From Kudoa neothunni (lineage: Eukaryota > Animalia > Cnidaria), in contig OZ199840.1 of the NCBI GenBank assembly GCA_964304625.1, forward strand, positions 1,380,733 through 1,444,732: a stretch of 64,000 bases of DNA. Direction: 5' to 3'. Both the position numbers and the translations under genes were made by a program. The notes under the pieces are model-generated. The model was given only the letters and a program-made list of their open reading frames with translations. It made no database searches and was not told the DNA's origin. Positions 1-11,662 of this stretch are shown here, piece after piece; positions within the stretch are counted from its first letter, which is position 1; each line of letters opens with the position of its first letter.

Positions 1-42
1 TATAATACTTAAGATAAAATAAATTTATTTATTTAAAAAGTT

Positions 43-1875
43 GTGTCTGTTTTGCCGGACGCGCATCTTCTTCTAAAATAATAAATCAATCATTATCATT
101 TTTTCCAAAAAATATCTTATAAACGCAAAATATAAATTTAGTTTCATTAATTCAGAGACGTACTTTAACATATCTAATTTTTATCAATAAATCCAAATGA
201 AACCAAGGTATAGTATAACTATTCGACTCATTCACTTTTTAAAATTCTTACAATAAGATAAATATTTCCACGGGATGAATTATACAATATTAAAATTTAA
301 TAAAATATTCAACTTTTTAATTTGTAAATAAATGGTACTGTGCAACTACATAAAATTATGTTTGAATCCTGTATATCGACATTTTTGTTACATTATTATT
401 ATCAACACAATAAAACATTTTTTTCTTAAAATCTATAACCGTTTGTAATATAACTTTTGGTCTACCTCTCAATTTCATCACAGATGGCAACTTTATTCCT
501 ATAATTTCGTGGATTTCGCAACATGGATAAAATTCACATAGCTGTCAAAAATGGATATTTAACTGTAGAATCACTCACAGTATCTAAGATTTCCATATCA
601 GTTATTTATGATGTGTTATTATCTCGAACTGTTTCTTGTATATCCATCCTCTCCTTTCATGATTCCTCATTAACGAAATGTAGAATAAGAATTTTACTAA
701 AGGGACTCTCGTTACATTGTGGATCTGAAATTTCTTGATTGTTGCTGATAATAAATTCAGACGTTAACTTGAACTAAATTAAATTGATATATGAAAAGTG
801 GAAAAAATGAGCTACCTTATCCATAGAATCCTCATTGAAAATAAGCGGGATTAATCCATCCAAAATCTTGTTGAGTAAATCATATTGAGTCTCCGTTTGT
901 TCAGACCTCAGTGATGCTATTTTTTGCAAAGAATTTAAGCTTCAAATAAAGATTAAATGTAGAATTTGGAGCAGATTATTGACTCGAAATTTATGTAATA
1001 GCTGGTTGCACACTACACAAATGATTCTGAATATGAATATCTTTGATCATTTAAATAAATGATAGGGAATAATTCTGTTTCCATCTCCTATTTCAAATTT
1101 TTTGTCATATAAGTCCATATTCGTTTTCTACCTAGTAGAATTAATATGTCTGCATGGTAACTTCATATTTATGTAGAAGAAACATGTGCAAATAATGAAA
1201 TAGGTCTCGATTGAATTATTTATTTCAAGTTACATAATATTGTATGTATATGATGTTAATGATGTGATAATCTTATGTTGAAATCTGAGTTTGATTTTTC
1301 AACAATTTGAGTTGTAAGCTCTCTACCTAATATATCCTCCCGCTCAGTCTTCATATTTGATAAAAAAAATTAGCGAATCACTGACAAAAGTTCTATGGTT
1401 GAAATTTTTTCCAGAATATCCGATCCAATATCAAATGTGTTCGTGCTTTGAGTACGTATTCATTGATTCTTTAATCTATCCAACGTTCAAGAATGTATTA
1501 CCGACTTTTACGTCTGGTATAATATCTGGAATAAGTAGTGTTGGATCAGACTCTCCTTCCATAACGATTGAACACGGTATTATCAACGTTACAACCGCAC
1601 TCTAAGGATCATTTTACTCATTTATGACGTTACACTACGTAAAATAGCTTTAATAGAGAAATATAAACTGATTCATAGAAAACTTAACGTATTTTTTATG
1701 AATACTTACACGAAAATTAAAAATATCCTCGATGCATTTGGATGCCTAACTGTTAACTAAAAAATAAATGAACCTAAATTTATATTCTGCATTTATTAAA
1801 GATATTTTTATGGAAGAGATCATAACGACTGAATTATTATTTTAGAAGAAAAAGCGCGTCTGGCAAAATAGTCAC
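43..1875. mobile_element. Old element bounded by degenerate ~110-bp inverted repeats (43-152 and 1762-1875)
   Basis: Left arm GTGTCTGTTTTGCCGGACGCGCATCTTCTTCTAAAATAATAAATC... matches the reverse complement of 1762-1875 (GTGACTATTTTGCCAGACGCGCTTTTTCTTCTAAAATAATAATTC...), with 9 mismatches in the first 55 nt. The arms may extend to the window edge, so no TSD can be assessed. Confidence 0.7.
300..1740 (-). pseudogene. Decayed intron-containing gene, probably a secreted or type I membrane protein, inside the inverted repeats
   Basis: Manual minus-strand translation gives protein-like runs broken by stops and frameshifts (SAVVTLIIPCSIVMEGESDPTLL...; LQKIASLRSEQTETQYDLLNKILDGLIPLIFNEDSMDK|FKLTSEFII...). 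A clean 42-nt GT-AG intron lies at 774-815. There is a hydrophobic N-terminus and a short hydrophobic stretch (FIVLIIIM) near 390-415. No transposase motif was seen. Confidence 0.5.
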
Positions 1876-2655
1876 TGCCGTAAATAAATGCTTCCAGGAT
1901 TATTATAGGATAGAAGTATTGACGTACAAGTTCTATCAGAGTACCGTTAGATATAATGTGTTATATCTTAGGCTAAAATAGGAAACCTCTAATACATTTA
2001 AGAATTACTTTATTCGTTTGTTTTTCTGTATTCGAAAATATTTAATACCACGTTTTGTTTTTAATATAAAAGAAGAAAGAATGGCATTAATTTTATATCA
2101 TTATGGAGATGTTTAGAATAAATCTGACAGATCCAATAGCATATTCTGCGGTCACTAATCAGTATCATCGGATAACTGGGATATGCCAGATGCTCGTTCA
2201 AAATAAATTTCATATTGATTTTCTTCTTTTATAAATTACACGCAACTCCTTAAAATTTCATTTTTAACTGAACAGAATAATTAAACTGATGCTTAATTAT
2301 TTTCCATCATTTATTTAAATGGACATTAGTTATAACGGTAAGTAACCAGTTTTACTCAAAACCGTTTTAACAAAGTGTTCTAAAAATAGCACAACAATAA
2401 TAAATAACAAGTGAGAAATAGTTTTATTTTAATTTTAAATTATTTTTTAAATTCTGTGATATACAGAGTAAAAATAAGACAGAAAATGACCAAAATAAAA
2501 CTCATGAGATCCACAGTTTTTAGACAATTTTCTAGGTTATCATTATTTATTTGTTGGTGTTTTTCGTTCTCGCGGCCCAACTAAATTAAAAAGAAAATAG
2601 GAATATTATTAATAAATATAAAATAGTAATGTAATAAAATGGTCTTAAAGTGTAA

Positions 2656-3711
2656 TAGGGGAACCCCCTTTATCTGAAGATGCTAGGAACTCGCGTTTTC
2701 CTTTCGGATACTGAAATTTCGGTTAAACGAAATTCGGTGAATGCGCGTGTGCGGAGAGAACAAATTGTAGGTTGGTTACATCATTTATTTTTCGTTATTT
2801 AATGTGTGTTTTATATTTTTAAAGAAAACTCTACTATATCTAAGTTATACTAGTGAATACAATGCGAAAACTTTAGTTTAAGGCACACTAGTTCTAAATC
2901 CAATGTAGCCGGAGTACGCATACTACTGATACGTACGACCTTAACGCCGTTGCGCCACATTAGAATAATACATTCTAGATTCATAGAAAAGTACTATTAT
3001 TATTAATTTTTTTTAATTTCTTCCCTATTTTGATATTGTGGGCTGTACTAATAATGATGGTAAAAATAAAGTAACAATGAGGAATATTTTCCCAGAATTC
3101 TCCATAACGATGTTTAGAATTTCCTCATTACTTAAAATATGTCATATCCCAACAATTTAATATTGATTAATGATGGTTAAAATTCGATAAGACTTAAAAG
3201 TGGAAATGTTATGTGCAAAGACTGATGTATGAACATTGTTGAATTTAGTTAATTCCGTGAATAAATTGGTCTAATAAAGTCACTGCTAGTTTTTGATTAA
3301 ATAATCCAATAAATTTCATGTTTATGCATTATTACTCATGAAGAAATAAAAGAAAGTTTGTCTTTACCAAACATTTATTCGTTCATCATGAACATGGTTG
3401 CATTTTGAACATAAAATACTATATTATCTACTTTACGTTAATTCTATTAATCCAACATAAACTTAAATTGAATAAATAACGAATATATGTACATACAAAA
3501 TAAATGTAAATGCCATTTTAACCAGGCACTAATCCAGACTCAGACTTGAAGGCATTTTTATCCGAAAATTCCAACAAAAAGTAGTTTCGGGTTGGGATTG
3601 CTGAAGTTCCGGTTAAACACAAATTTTTTTATTTAGAATATAAATTGTTTTCAAATAAATTTTAGGAAATCATTCGGATAACGCGATTTTCGGATAAACA
3701 GGGTTCGACTG
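2656..3711. mobile_element. Non-autonomous pogo/Tigger-like element, degenerate
   Basis: Left end TAGGGGAACCCCCTTTATCTGAA resembles the reverse complement of the right end TTCGGATAAACAGGGTTCGACTG, which is followed by TA. Subterminal TTCGGATA/TTCGGTTA repeats are present. Confidence 0.5.
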
Positions 3712-4188
3712 TATATTGCAAATTAGCATACCATTAATTATCACATGTAATGGAATTTTGGAAATAAATGAGACATAATTATTTCGAATATGAAATGTTT
3801 AAATTTGTTCAAAAAAATTTCGTGTAAATATTATTGGTTTTCTGGATCAACACGTTTATAATCTGATTTGATGAAAACGATCTAATAAGATATAGTTAAC
3901 TTAAATATTAAATATCTTAAATAGTTTTAAAAAAAATTTTTATTTGATTAAATTAAATTATAATACAAATTTAATAAATTTTCTTTTCGAGACGATCTCC
4001 GTTGGTTCAATTTTCTGTCCGATTGGAGAGTTCAAGCAAACAGGTGCAGAATATTCTGCCGATTAAGTATATTTTTTTTGGATAAGCTATCTTTACTCAA
4101 AAAGCAACAACGTGATATAAAATATAAATTTTCAACTTCTTATGTCTTTATAGTATTAGGGAAAATGTTATATAACAGCAGTCGAAAA

Positions 4189-5746
4189 TATAGGGTTTTC
4201 CGAGCTTTAACAACACTGTGTCAAGCATTAGCAACATTGTGTCAAGCTTTAACAACACGATTCCAGGGTTTGCTGCATTAACTAATAAAAGAAATAATTT
4301 GAACTTTTTTAACAAGTCGAGATTAAAAACAAAATTTTTATACACAACGATAAACGTGATTAAGCTTAAATGAAATAAACTTTACTAAATTAACACAGCA
4401 CTAGATGTAACTCAAGATTAATTACAAATTCCGCAGTTTTGATGCGCGTATAAAATAATAATGTCAAATTGGGAGGATATAATATATAATCTTCTTAAAG
4501 ATGATAAAATTTATATTTATTCCATAATAATTTCTCTGTTGAGACATCTGGAAACATATCGAAGCATCTTTCGATAGTATCCGGAACAATCATCAGGAGT
4601 GATAATTTTAAACCCATCATCTATTAGGTTTAAAAGATCAGGTTCATCCCTTGCTGAGCCCCGTATAACATGGTTCTTCCATTTACTGAACACATTTTCG
4701 ATCGGGTTCAAAAATGGCGAATATGGAGGCAGGTACATCAATATCAATTGCATAGAGTTCAGCACATCTGTAAGTCCACGATAATGATGAATTCTCGCGT
4801 TGTCCAATATGAAGCATGGATTATCTATTTCGATCGAGTGACAAAAATCTACTAGCTCAATAAGATATTCCTTAAAATCCTCTCCATTCACTGGTCGCCG
4901 ATTAACTTTATGAAATACCATACCGTATTTACTCATTGAGGCTATAACGGATATGTTCCTTGTTCTAACGCCTCCAACAGGAACGTAAGCTGATGTACCA
5001 GCAAGGGAACGACCTTTTCTAGTTCGCGTAGATACGCTGAACCCAACTTCATCGATAAAAATAAAATTTTTATCTTCAATCTCAAGAATTTTTGAGTTAA
5101 AGTTTTGAGCATACACAAGGCGCTGTTCTAACGTATTCTCACAATTCCTTCGCTCGGGGACAATTGTAACTATTTTTAACGAATAGTGGAATTGTTTCAA
5201 GCATCTGTTAATAGTGCTTGCACTTACGCTTACTCCACATTCGTCAATTAATTTCAGGCGAAGGGCTTTGAGAGTAATTGTTGCGTCTTCGTCCACCCAA
5301 TTTCTAATAAACAACTTTTGTTCATCAGTTAGTTTTGTGGAATAATCGCCACCCCCGCTTTAAAGATTCTACCTTTCCGTCAATTAGGTAGGCTTTTACA
5401 ATTGAAACAACGATGCATCGATGTACACCGACGTTTTCTGCAATTATAGAGTTGCCATATTTTTTTTCACATTGGTTAATAATCATTGACCTTGTGACAT
5501 TTGAGATTGTCCGTCTTGTTTTTTTTGGGGCTGTAATTTGAGAATCGTTACTGGTATCTTATTTATTTCATAAATATTATACAAATCAACTATGTTATAC
5601 ATAATTACCACTCATTTGATATTTTCTGAATTATAAATATGAATTCTCTACTTAATTAGATTCCAAATTTAGACACGTGTTGTTAAAGCTTGACACAATG
5701 TTGCTAATGCTTGACACAGTGTTGTTAAAGCTCGGAAAACCCTATA
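4189..5746 (-). mobile_element. Tc1/IS630-like (DD34E) DNA transposon, full length, recent insertion
   Basis: Perfect 71-bp inverted repeats including the flanking TA (4189-4259 and 5676-5746), enclosing a transposase. Confidence 0.95.
4517..5560 (-). CDS. DD34E transposase (DDE_3 type); N-terminal HTH part separated by a 1-nt frameshift
   Basis: Motifs FIDEVGF, ILDNARIHH and YLPPYSPFLNPIE, with 34 residues between the second D and the E. An upstream frame encodes an HTH-like segment (ISNVTRSMIINQCEKK...IAENVGVHRCIV...KRG) that joins the main ORF if the C5 run at 5352-5356 were C4. Confidence 0.88.
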
Positions 5747-6101
5747 ATATTAAAGTCACTACATTTAAATGAGAGTTACAGAAGTTCAACTTGGCATAAA
5801 TATATATTGTTTCCAAAATTTATCATTTCATGTGAATGACTATCCGCCAATTTATATCCAGGGATGATAATGAATATAGATTGCTCTACGCATTCCCTCC
5901 ATATCCCCGAAGAGATTTTATTAGAGATTACATACTGTTAGATGGTAAAGATGGCAATCATTCTAACATTTAACGCCACCTTTTATACAAGTAGATGTTG
6001 TTTTAACGAATTATAGATTTAGACCAAGTATATATTAAAAATACAAGAAAATAATTATGAATAATTTTACTAGCTAATAATTAAAATTCAATAATAATGA
6101 A

Positions 6102-9076
6102 TTAATCCTTTTTCTTCTTCATTATCACGACACCAACTATCGCTATCACCAATACTCCAGCAACCGATGCAATAATTATTCTATAAGTAATTTATTTCAT
6201 TATTTATTAATGCAAATATATGTACATTAGTTTTGTTTTTCCACTAAAAATAAATTAATTAAAATCAGATCATAATATTATATTTGTTACCCTGAGCTGC
6301 TTTTCGCTCCTACGAAATAAATGATTAAATTAGTTATATAACAAAAAAATATACCTTGCTGTATGTCAGCACCACCAAATATTTTAGAATCTTGAGCATT
6401 GTAAACAGTCAAATGATAATCGTTTCCATCAGGCAAATCATTTATTCTGAACTCTTTACAGGTTACGAATGTAGAACATCCATCCACATCAGCTCCCATG
6501 CAAGATTTTATAATTGCATTTGACATAATACTACTGTTACGTAATTCCCACTTACATTTCGATTGGTCATTCATGCTAGTTGGAAGATGAGAGTTTATAA
6601 TGAAATTATTCCCATCGCGAGTAATAGTGACTACTATCAATTTAGCAGAGTCGGTTGGATTTTCTTTTGGTGCACCTAATATAAGACTCATTTATAATTA
6701 ATTTCTCAATGATTATATTTATCTCTATAATTTAATACTTGAATCTATTGTATAATCTCTTTGAGATGACTTTCCGATTGCGGTGACTAATATTTTATAT
6801 TCCTTTGTTGCATCATAACCAGAAAATAATATGGAACTGCAAAGTGGATTCGATGAACATGTGTTTGAAGCTGAGTTTCGGTTATTAGCAATACCAGCAA
6901 GTTGTAAAACTGAATCTTCCGATAATGTAGATGTCGCAATTCTAGCAATGTTTGATTCTGTATGACCTAACATGGATGGAAGTTTTTTAGGGGTTTTTGG
7001 TGCTGCTGTAGAAGCAGGTGTGGTGACTCTCGTAACTGCTTGGCAAGTGTAAACGTCTTTATACTCGTTTCCATTCTTCTCTTTCACAGTATAACTGCAA
7101 GTTGCAATTGGATTTACTGCGGATAATTGTGCATTCAATATCAAACCATCTGATTTGATCTTATGTGTTATCGTCAATGTTGTTAGATCTAGTTACAATA
7201 ATTAAAAAATAAAGAGTAAATTTTAAGTTTAATAACCTGTTTTTACATTTTTATACTCAGTGATATCGTAATCTTTGTGTGCAATAACTCTGATATCATA
7301 TAGGGTATTTGGCTCGAGATCTTCTATTGTTACTTGGTCTCTACACAATCCTCTACATGGGTTACCGCTGGTGCACTTTGCTGGGAAAAAGGTATTCAAT
7401 CCCGCAGGACTCGCCAAGTATTCACAAGTGGGTTCATTTGTTCTTGTGTTTTCTGCAGTTCCGCCAACAGCTGTAAAAGAAGCTGTTGTATCTGTTTTTG
7501 TTGGAGCAGTAGTTTGATATGCTTTACCGTCAGCTTGTTCTTCAAAAAAATTACAACGAATTGGAATAAAAATAAATAATTTACTCGTTTTTATGAATAT
7601 CTTCTCTGTAAAATCATTTGGGTCAGTTATACCTGACTCGATTTCAATCATGTATGCTTTTCCTGCATCAAGTTGTTGGATCACGTACTTTCTGCAATCT
7701 TCATTGCAATCTTCGTTCCCCGCATTGCTACCTTTGCATTTTGTTCTACTTAATTGAGTTAGCTTGAGTTTATCAGCAGGATAATGTTTAATAGCGCATT
7801 TAGAAAACTTTGGATCAACGCCGTCTGTCTTTAAGGGCCCACCATCAAAAGTAACTCCCACGTTGGTGTAATCTGTTAGTAATCCACCAGTTGGCTCAGT
7901 AACAGCTAAAGAAAAATTATTTCAAAAATAAATCAAATATTACCAAATTTTTTCTGTTTATAACCTTCCAAATCGTCGCCAGTAGCTCTAATATTATGAT
8001 GTCTGGTTTGGATTAAAATATCGTAGATTTTTTTACCTGCAATACCGTCTAGCACGACGTCTTTACAAGGAGCATAACAGTTTTTACCAGCAACACCACA
8101 AACTGACGTATATGATTGGCCGTTTCCTGCAGCTTGTCCATTTTTTAGACTGAACAGACATATTTCAGATGATGGGGAATTGGTGAATTTAATTCCCACT
8201 TTATTACTATCTTTGGCAACAATATAATATTGTGGTTCATAAATTGCAATATTTTTCTTCATATATTGATTAGGCATGCTGTAGAAGAAACTGGGATAGT
8301 TTTCGCATCTCATTTCATAATGTGGTAACAATAAATCAAATTCGACTTTATTATTAGTGTTCACTATGTTACAACTACTATCCTTTGTACCTTCTACATA
8401 CTGAATGTCTTTATAATAAATAGGACAATTCACAGGTGTGCAGGTTGTAACTTCAATTTTTAAGTTTTTGTCAGTAGAATCCGTAGACACGGTGACTTGA
8501 GGATTAGCCAATAATGCTAAATTTAATTTATTAGCTGGATATAAATAATTAAATTATTTTACGTATAGAATATCCGAATACTTTTCCGCCCTTTTCTTTT
8601 TCAGTTAATATAACAGTTTCAGTAGTAGCATCCACATTTACATATATGTATTTAGTTCTTGGGGAAAGTTTATCATATGTGATTTTATTATCACTTGTCT
8701 CACAAGAGACAACACATTTACTGACTGCATTACTAGGATCAGTGGCTGCACATCCATTGATATCTATAAACTGAGCTGCTGTTGGTGCCGTACCGGCTTG
8801 TATAATTTCGGCCTCATTTGATCTCATTAGACGACACTTTTTCCCTTTAACATATTTTGAGCCACCAAGATTGATTTTAATTTTATCTTTTTTATCAGCA
8901 ACATCTTTTATAATTTGATAAGTTAGGGTTTCTTCTGGAAGAACAGGAGTAGCTGGAGGACTGGGTGATTCAGTAGCATTGGCATTACTTGAAATAAAGA
9001 ATACTAAATTAAGTGATTATTATAATAAAACCATTTATAAACCTAATAAACAACAGACAAATCCCTCCCTTAGCAT
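6102..9076 (-). CDS. Multi-exon type I membrane protein (~850 aa) with about six Cys-rich fibronectin type III-like repeats
   Basis: Signal peptide exon MLREGFVCCLL|VFFISSNANA. Repeats end in FN3-like L-x-P-x-T-x-Y-x-I-x-V motifs (e.g. EDLEPNTLYDIRVIA). Micro-exons at 6291-6309 and 6226-6243 splice in frame to the TM segment IIIIASVAGVLVIAIVGVVIM followed by KKKKD-stop. Confidence 0.8.
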
Positions 9077-9963
9077 AATAGTCTTAACTAAAAAACAATT
9101 GGTTGTTCGGGTTGCATTCAAACGAATATTTCTTATTTAGAATAATAACGATTTCATCCACTACAGAACGAATGGATTCAATAAGTTATTCAATAATAAA
9201 ATTAGTCTAATGGATGTGTGTTAAGTTAATAATAATTAAAATTTACTATTTTCAAAGGGGTTACCTCTATTCATGAATAAAAAATTTCTAATGAAATATC
9301 CCGAGGAAAATTTTCGTTCTTAACTTTAAAATAAATATATAGAGTTTTAAAAACTAACTAATTCTCTTTTAAAGTAATGATGATGGTCGGCATGACATAT
9401 CAACAATCTATAATAACAAACATTTCATTCTTAGTGTACTCAATTCAATTAGATTTAGTTTTTAATAATATTAATTAAACGATACACATGTTAATTCATT
9501 ATTTGAGCAACTTTATATTCATTTTGTATGTTATTATTCTATTATTTATATTAAAATATAGACATATTGCAAAAAATATTTCTAAATAAAAATATGATAA
9601 TATATAATAGAAATGAACTAAATTTACTATGTATTTATGTACAGCAATAATCCATTTGATTATTTAAAGATCATATTATTTTAACAAAAAACAGTTCTTA
9701 TATTCGAATAATTATCATTTAAATTTTTAAAAATAATTTAACAATTGAATCACATATTTGATTTCGATGAGACCCCAAAATAAATCAATTTGTCTAGTAA
9801 ATAAATAATTAAATTAGTGAAAAATTGCATTAATTCATTTGTTATTTAATATTAACACCAATTACAAATCTATTAAATAAAAATAATTACAAATTAAACG
9901 TAAAACAACACCGAAAACATCTTTTTTAATTAGTCGCGCGCAGCCATCGCCCTGTTTATCGAA

Positions 9964-11130
9964 ATGAGTTACATGAGCTATCTAACATTTGGAAATCTCA
10001 TCAAGAATAAACTTCCAAGTGATCCGAAATTGGTTGAAAACCTAAATACTATACTAAAAAGTAGATTATTTTCTTAGTTACTTGTTGAAAATTAATAAAA
10101 ATAGAATTGGAGACCAACCAATTGGATATTGAAGTTGTTAATGAGTATTTGTTTTAATCAATAAAAAAAATTAAGGAATTAAAAACATTATACAATGCGG
10201 ACAATGAATTTCTAAGAAATGAAATCAACTTTCTAAAAGAAAGACACAAGTTTTACGAATGTCAATATTACGGTAAATAATATCTGATCGATAATAAATA
10301 TAAAATCATTCTCAGAAAACCCTCCAGCCACCAAAAATAGTGGAAAAAATGAAGCGAACAAATCTGCGAAACCAAATGGAAAAAAGACCGATAAAAACAA
10401 TAATGCCTCCAACACAAAAAAACAACCTGAAGCCAAAGAACGTAAAAATCAATAGATTTCACATTTTCTAATCTATAATAGAAAAACCAATGGATCTATC
10501 ACGATTAAACATACAAATTGGGAAAATTGTTGAGGTTGACAAACACCCTGACGCAGATAAGCTCTATGTTGAAAAAGGTTGCTTGATATAAATCATTCGA
10601 ATGTGCTTTTACAACTTTGTAGTCGATTTTGGTCAGGGAGAACTAAAAACTGTTATCAGCGGGCTTGTAAATCATGTGCCATTAGATATGATGAAGGTAA
10701 TGTGTTGCGTTTGTTTTTATTCATCTCATTTATAAATACAAAGGATCGTATTGCAATGTTTGTAACAAACATGAAACCTGTAAAGTATAAAAGTCTAGAT
10801 CTTTAGAATTTTTATGAAAAACTGTACGTTAGAATGAGAGGCATAGCTTCAGAGGGTATGATTTTATGTGCATCAACTCCGGAAAAGGTGGAGATTCTAA
10901 ATGTTCCCAGTTGTTGTAAGATTGGTGATCGTGTAAGTGTGGAAGGGCTTTTTGGACCGGCTGACACAGTTCTCAATCCCAAAGAGAAAGTGATTGAATC
11001 GGTTCTGCCAAACCTTAAAGTAGACGCCAAAGGTGTTGCCACATACAACAGTAGACCGTTGATGAGTAACGCAGCTGGCTTCCAAGGGACATTCAAATCG
11101 GACACACTTATCGAATGTCAAATAAAATGA
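9964..11130 (+). CDS. AIMP1: Aminoacyl-tRNA synthetase complex-interacting protein 1 (p43/EMAP II tRNA-binding domain), multi-exon
   Basis: Spliced sequence [27 protein letters not shown]|VDFG...TVISGLV...NMKPVK|[13 protein letters not shown] is the EMAP II OB fold. It is preceded by a coiled coil and a Lys-rich linker, and there is no synthetase domain. Confidence 0.88.
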
Positions 11131-11381
11131 ACTATTATGCATAAATTCAACAAAGAATTACTCGTTACAATATTTTAGTCGACTTTATGATAATAATGTG
11201 TTTTCCTCTCTTAGCTCTTTGATTTCAACAGCTTGATTTATTTTCTCAAATCTTAGGGCGTGATGAAACAAGTTAAGACACAAATTAATGTAATGCAAAT
11301 ATTTAGTCAACATAGTAAGTTAAAAAACTTAATTGTTTAATACGAAGGTGAATCTGACACTTCATTCGTGGTATTTCATAG

Positions 11382-11662
11382 AAGGGGTGAGCAAATTGCG
11401 GCCTGCGAGTTCTTTCATTATGAATCAATCTCAAGAAAATTTTATCTTATAAAATATTCATTATGTATTTTATTCTCATTAAGTAAAAAACATTTTCTCA
11501 GGTGTTATCACTTATTCGACTTGAAATAAATTAATTAAAATTAAAAAATAATAGTTCGGTTTGCATTCTGTTAGTATGAAAGACTATTTTTGAATGTCGC
11601 GGTTCTTTGTCTTAACATGTTGTCTCCATGCGCTCAGCGGATAAAGAAGTTGTCCATCCCTG
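11382..11662. mobile_element. Degenerate hAT-type MITE
   Basis: Ends AAGGGGTGAGCAAATTGCGGCC and AGTTGTCCATCCCTG resemble CAGGGGTGGGCAAC-type hAT TIRs. No TSD is evident. Confidence 0.45.

Noticed and set aside
300-1740. In-frame stops suggesting an alternative genetic code
   Set aside because: All three stop types and frameshifts occur here, while conserved genes in the window use the standard code with TAA, TAG and TGA terminators.
4201-4259. 21-bp tandem repeats resembling a mini-CRISPR or iteron array
   Set aside because: There are no spacers, and the repeats are internal to a transposon TIR mirrored at 5676-5746.
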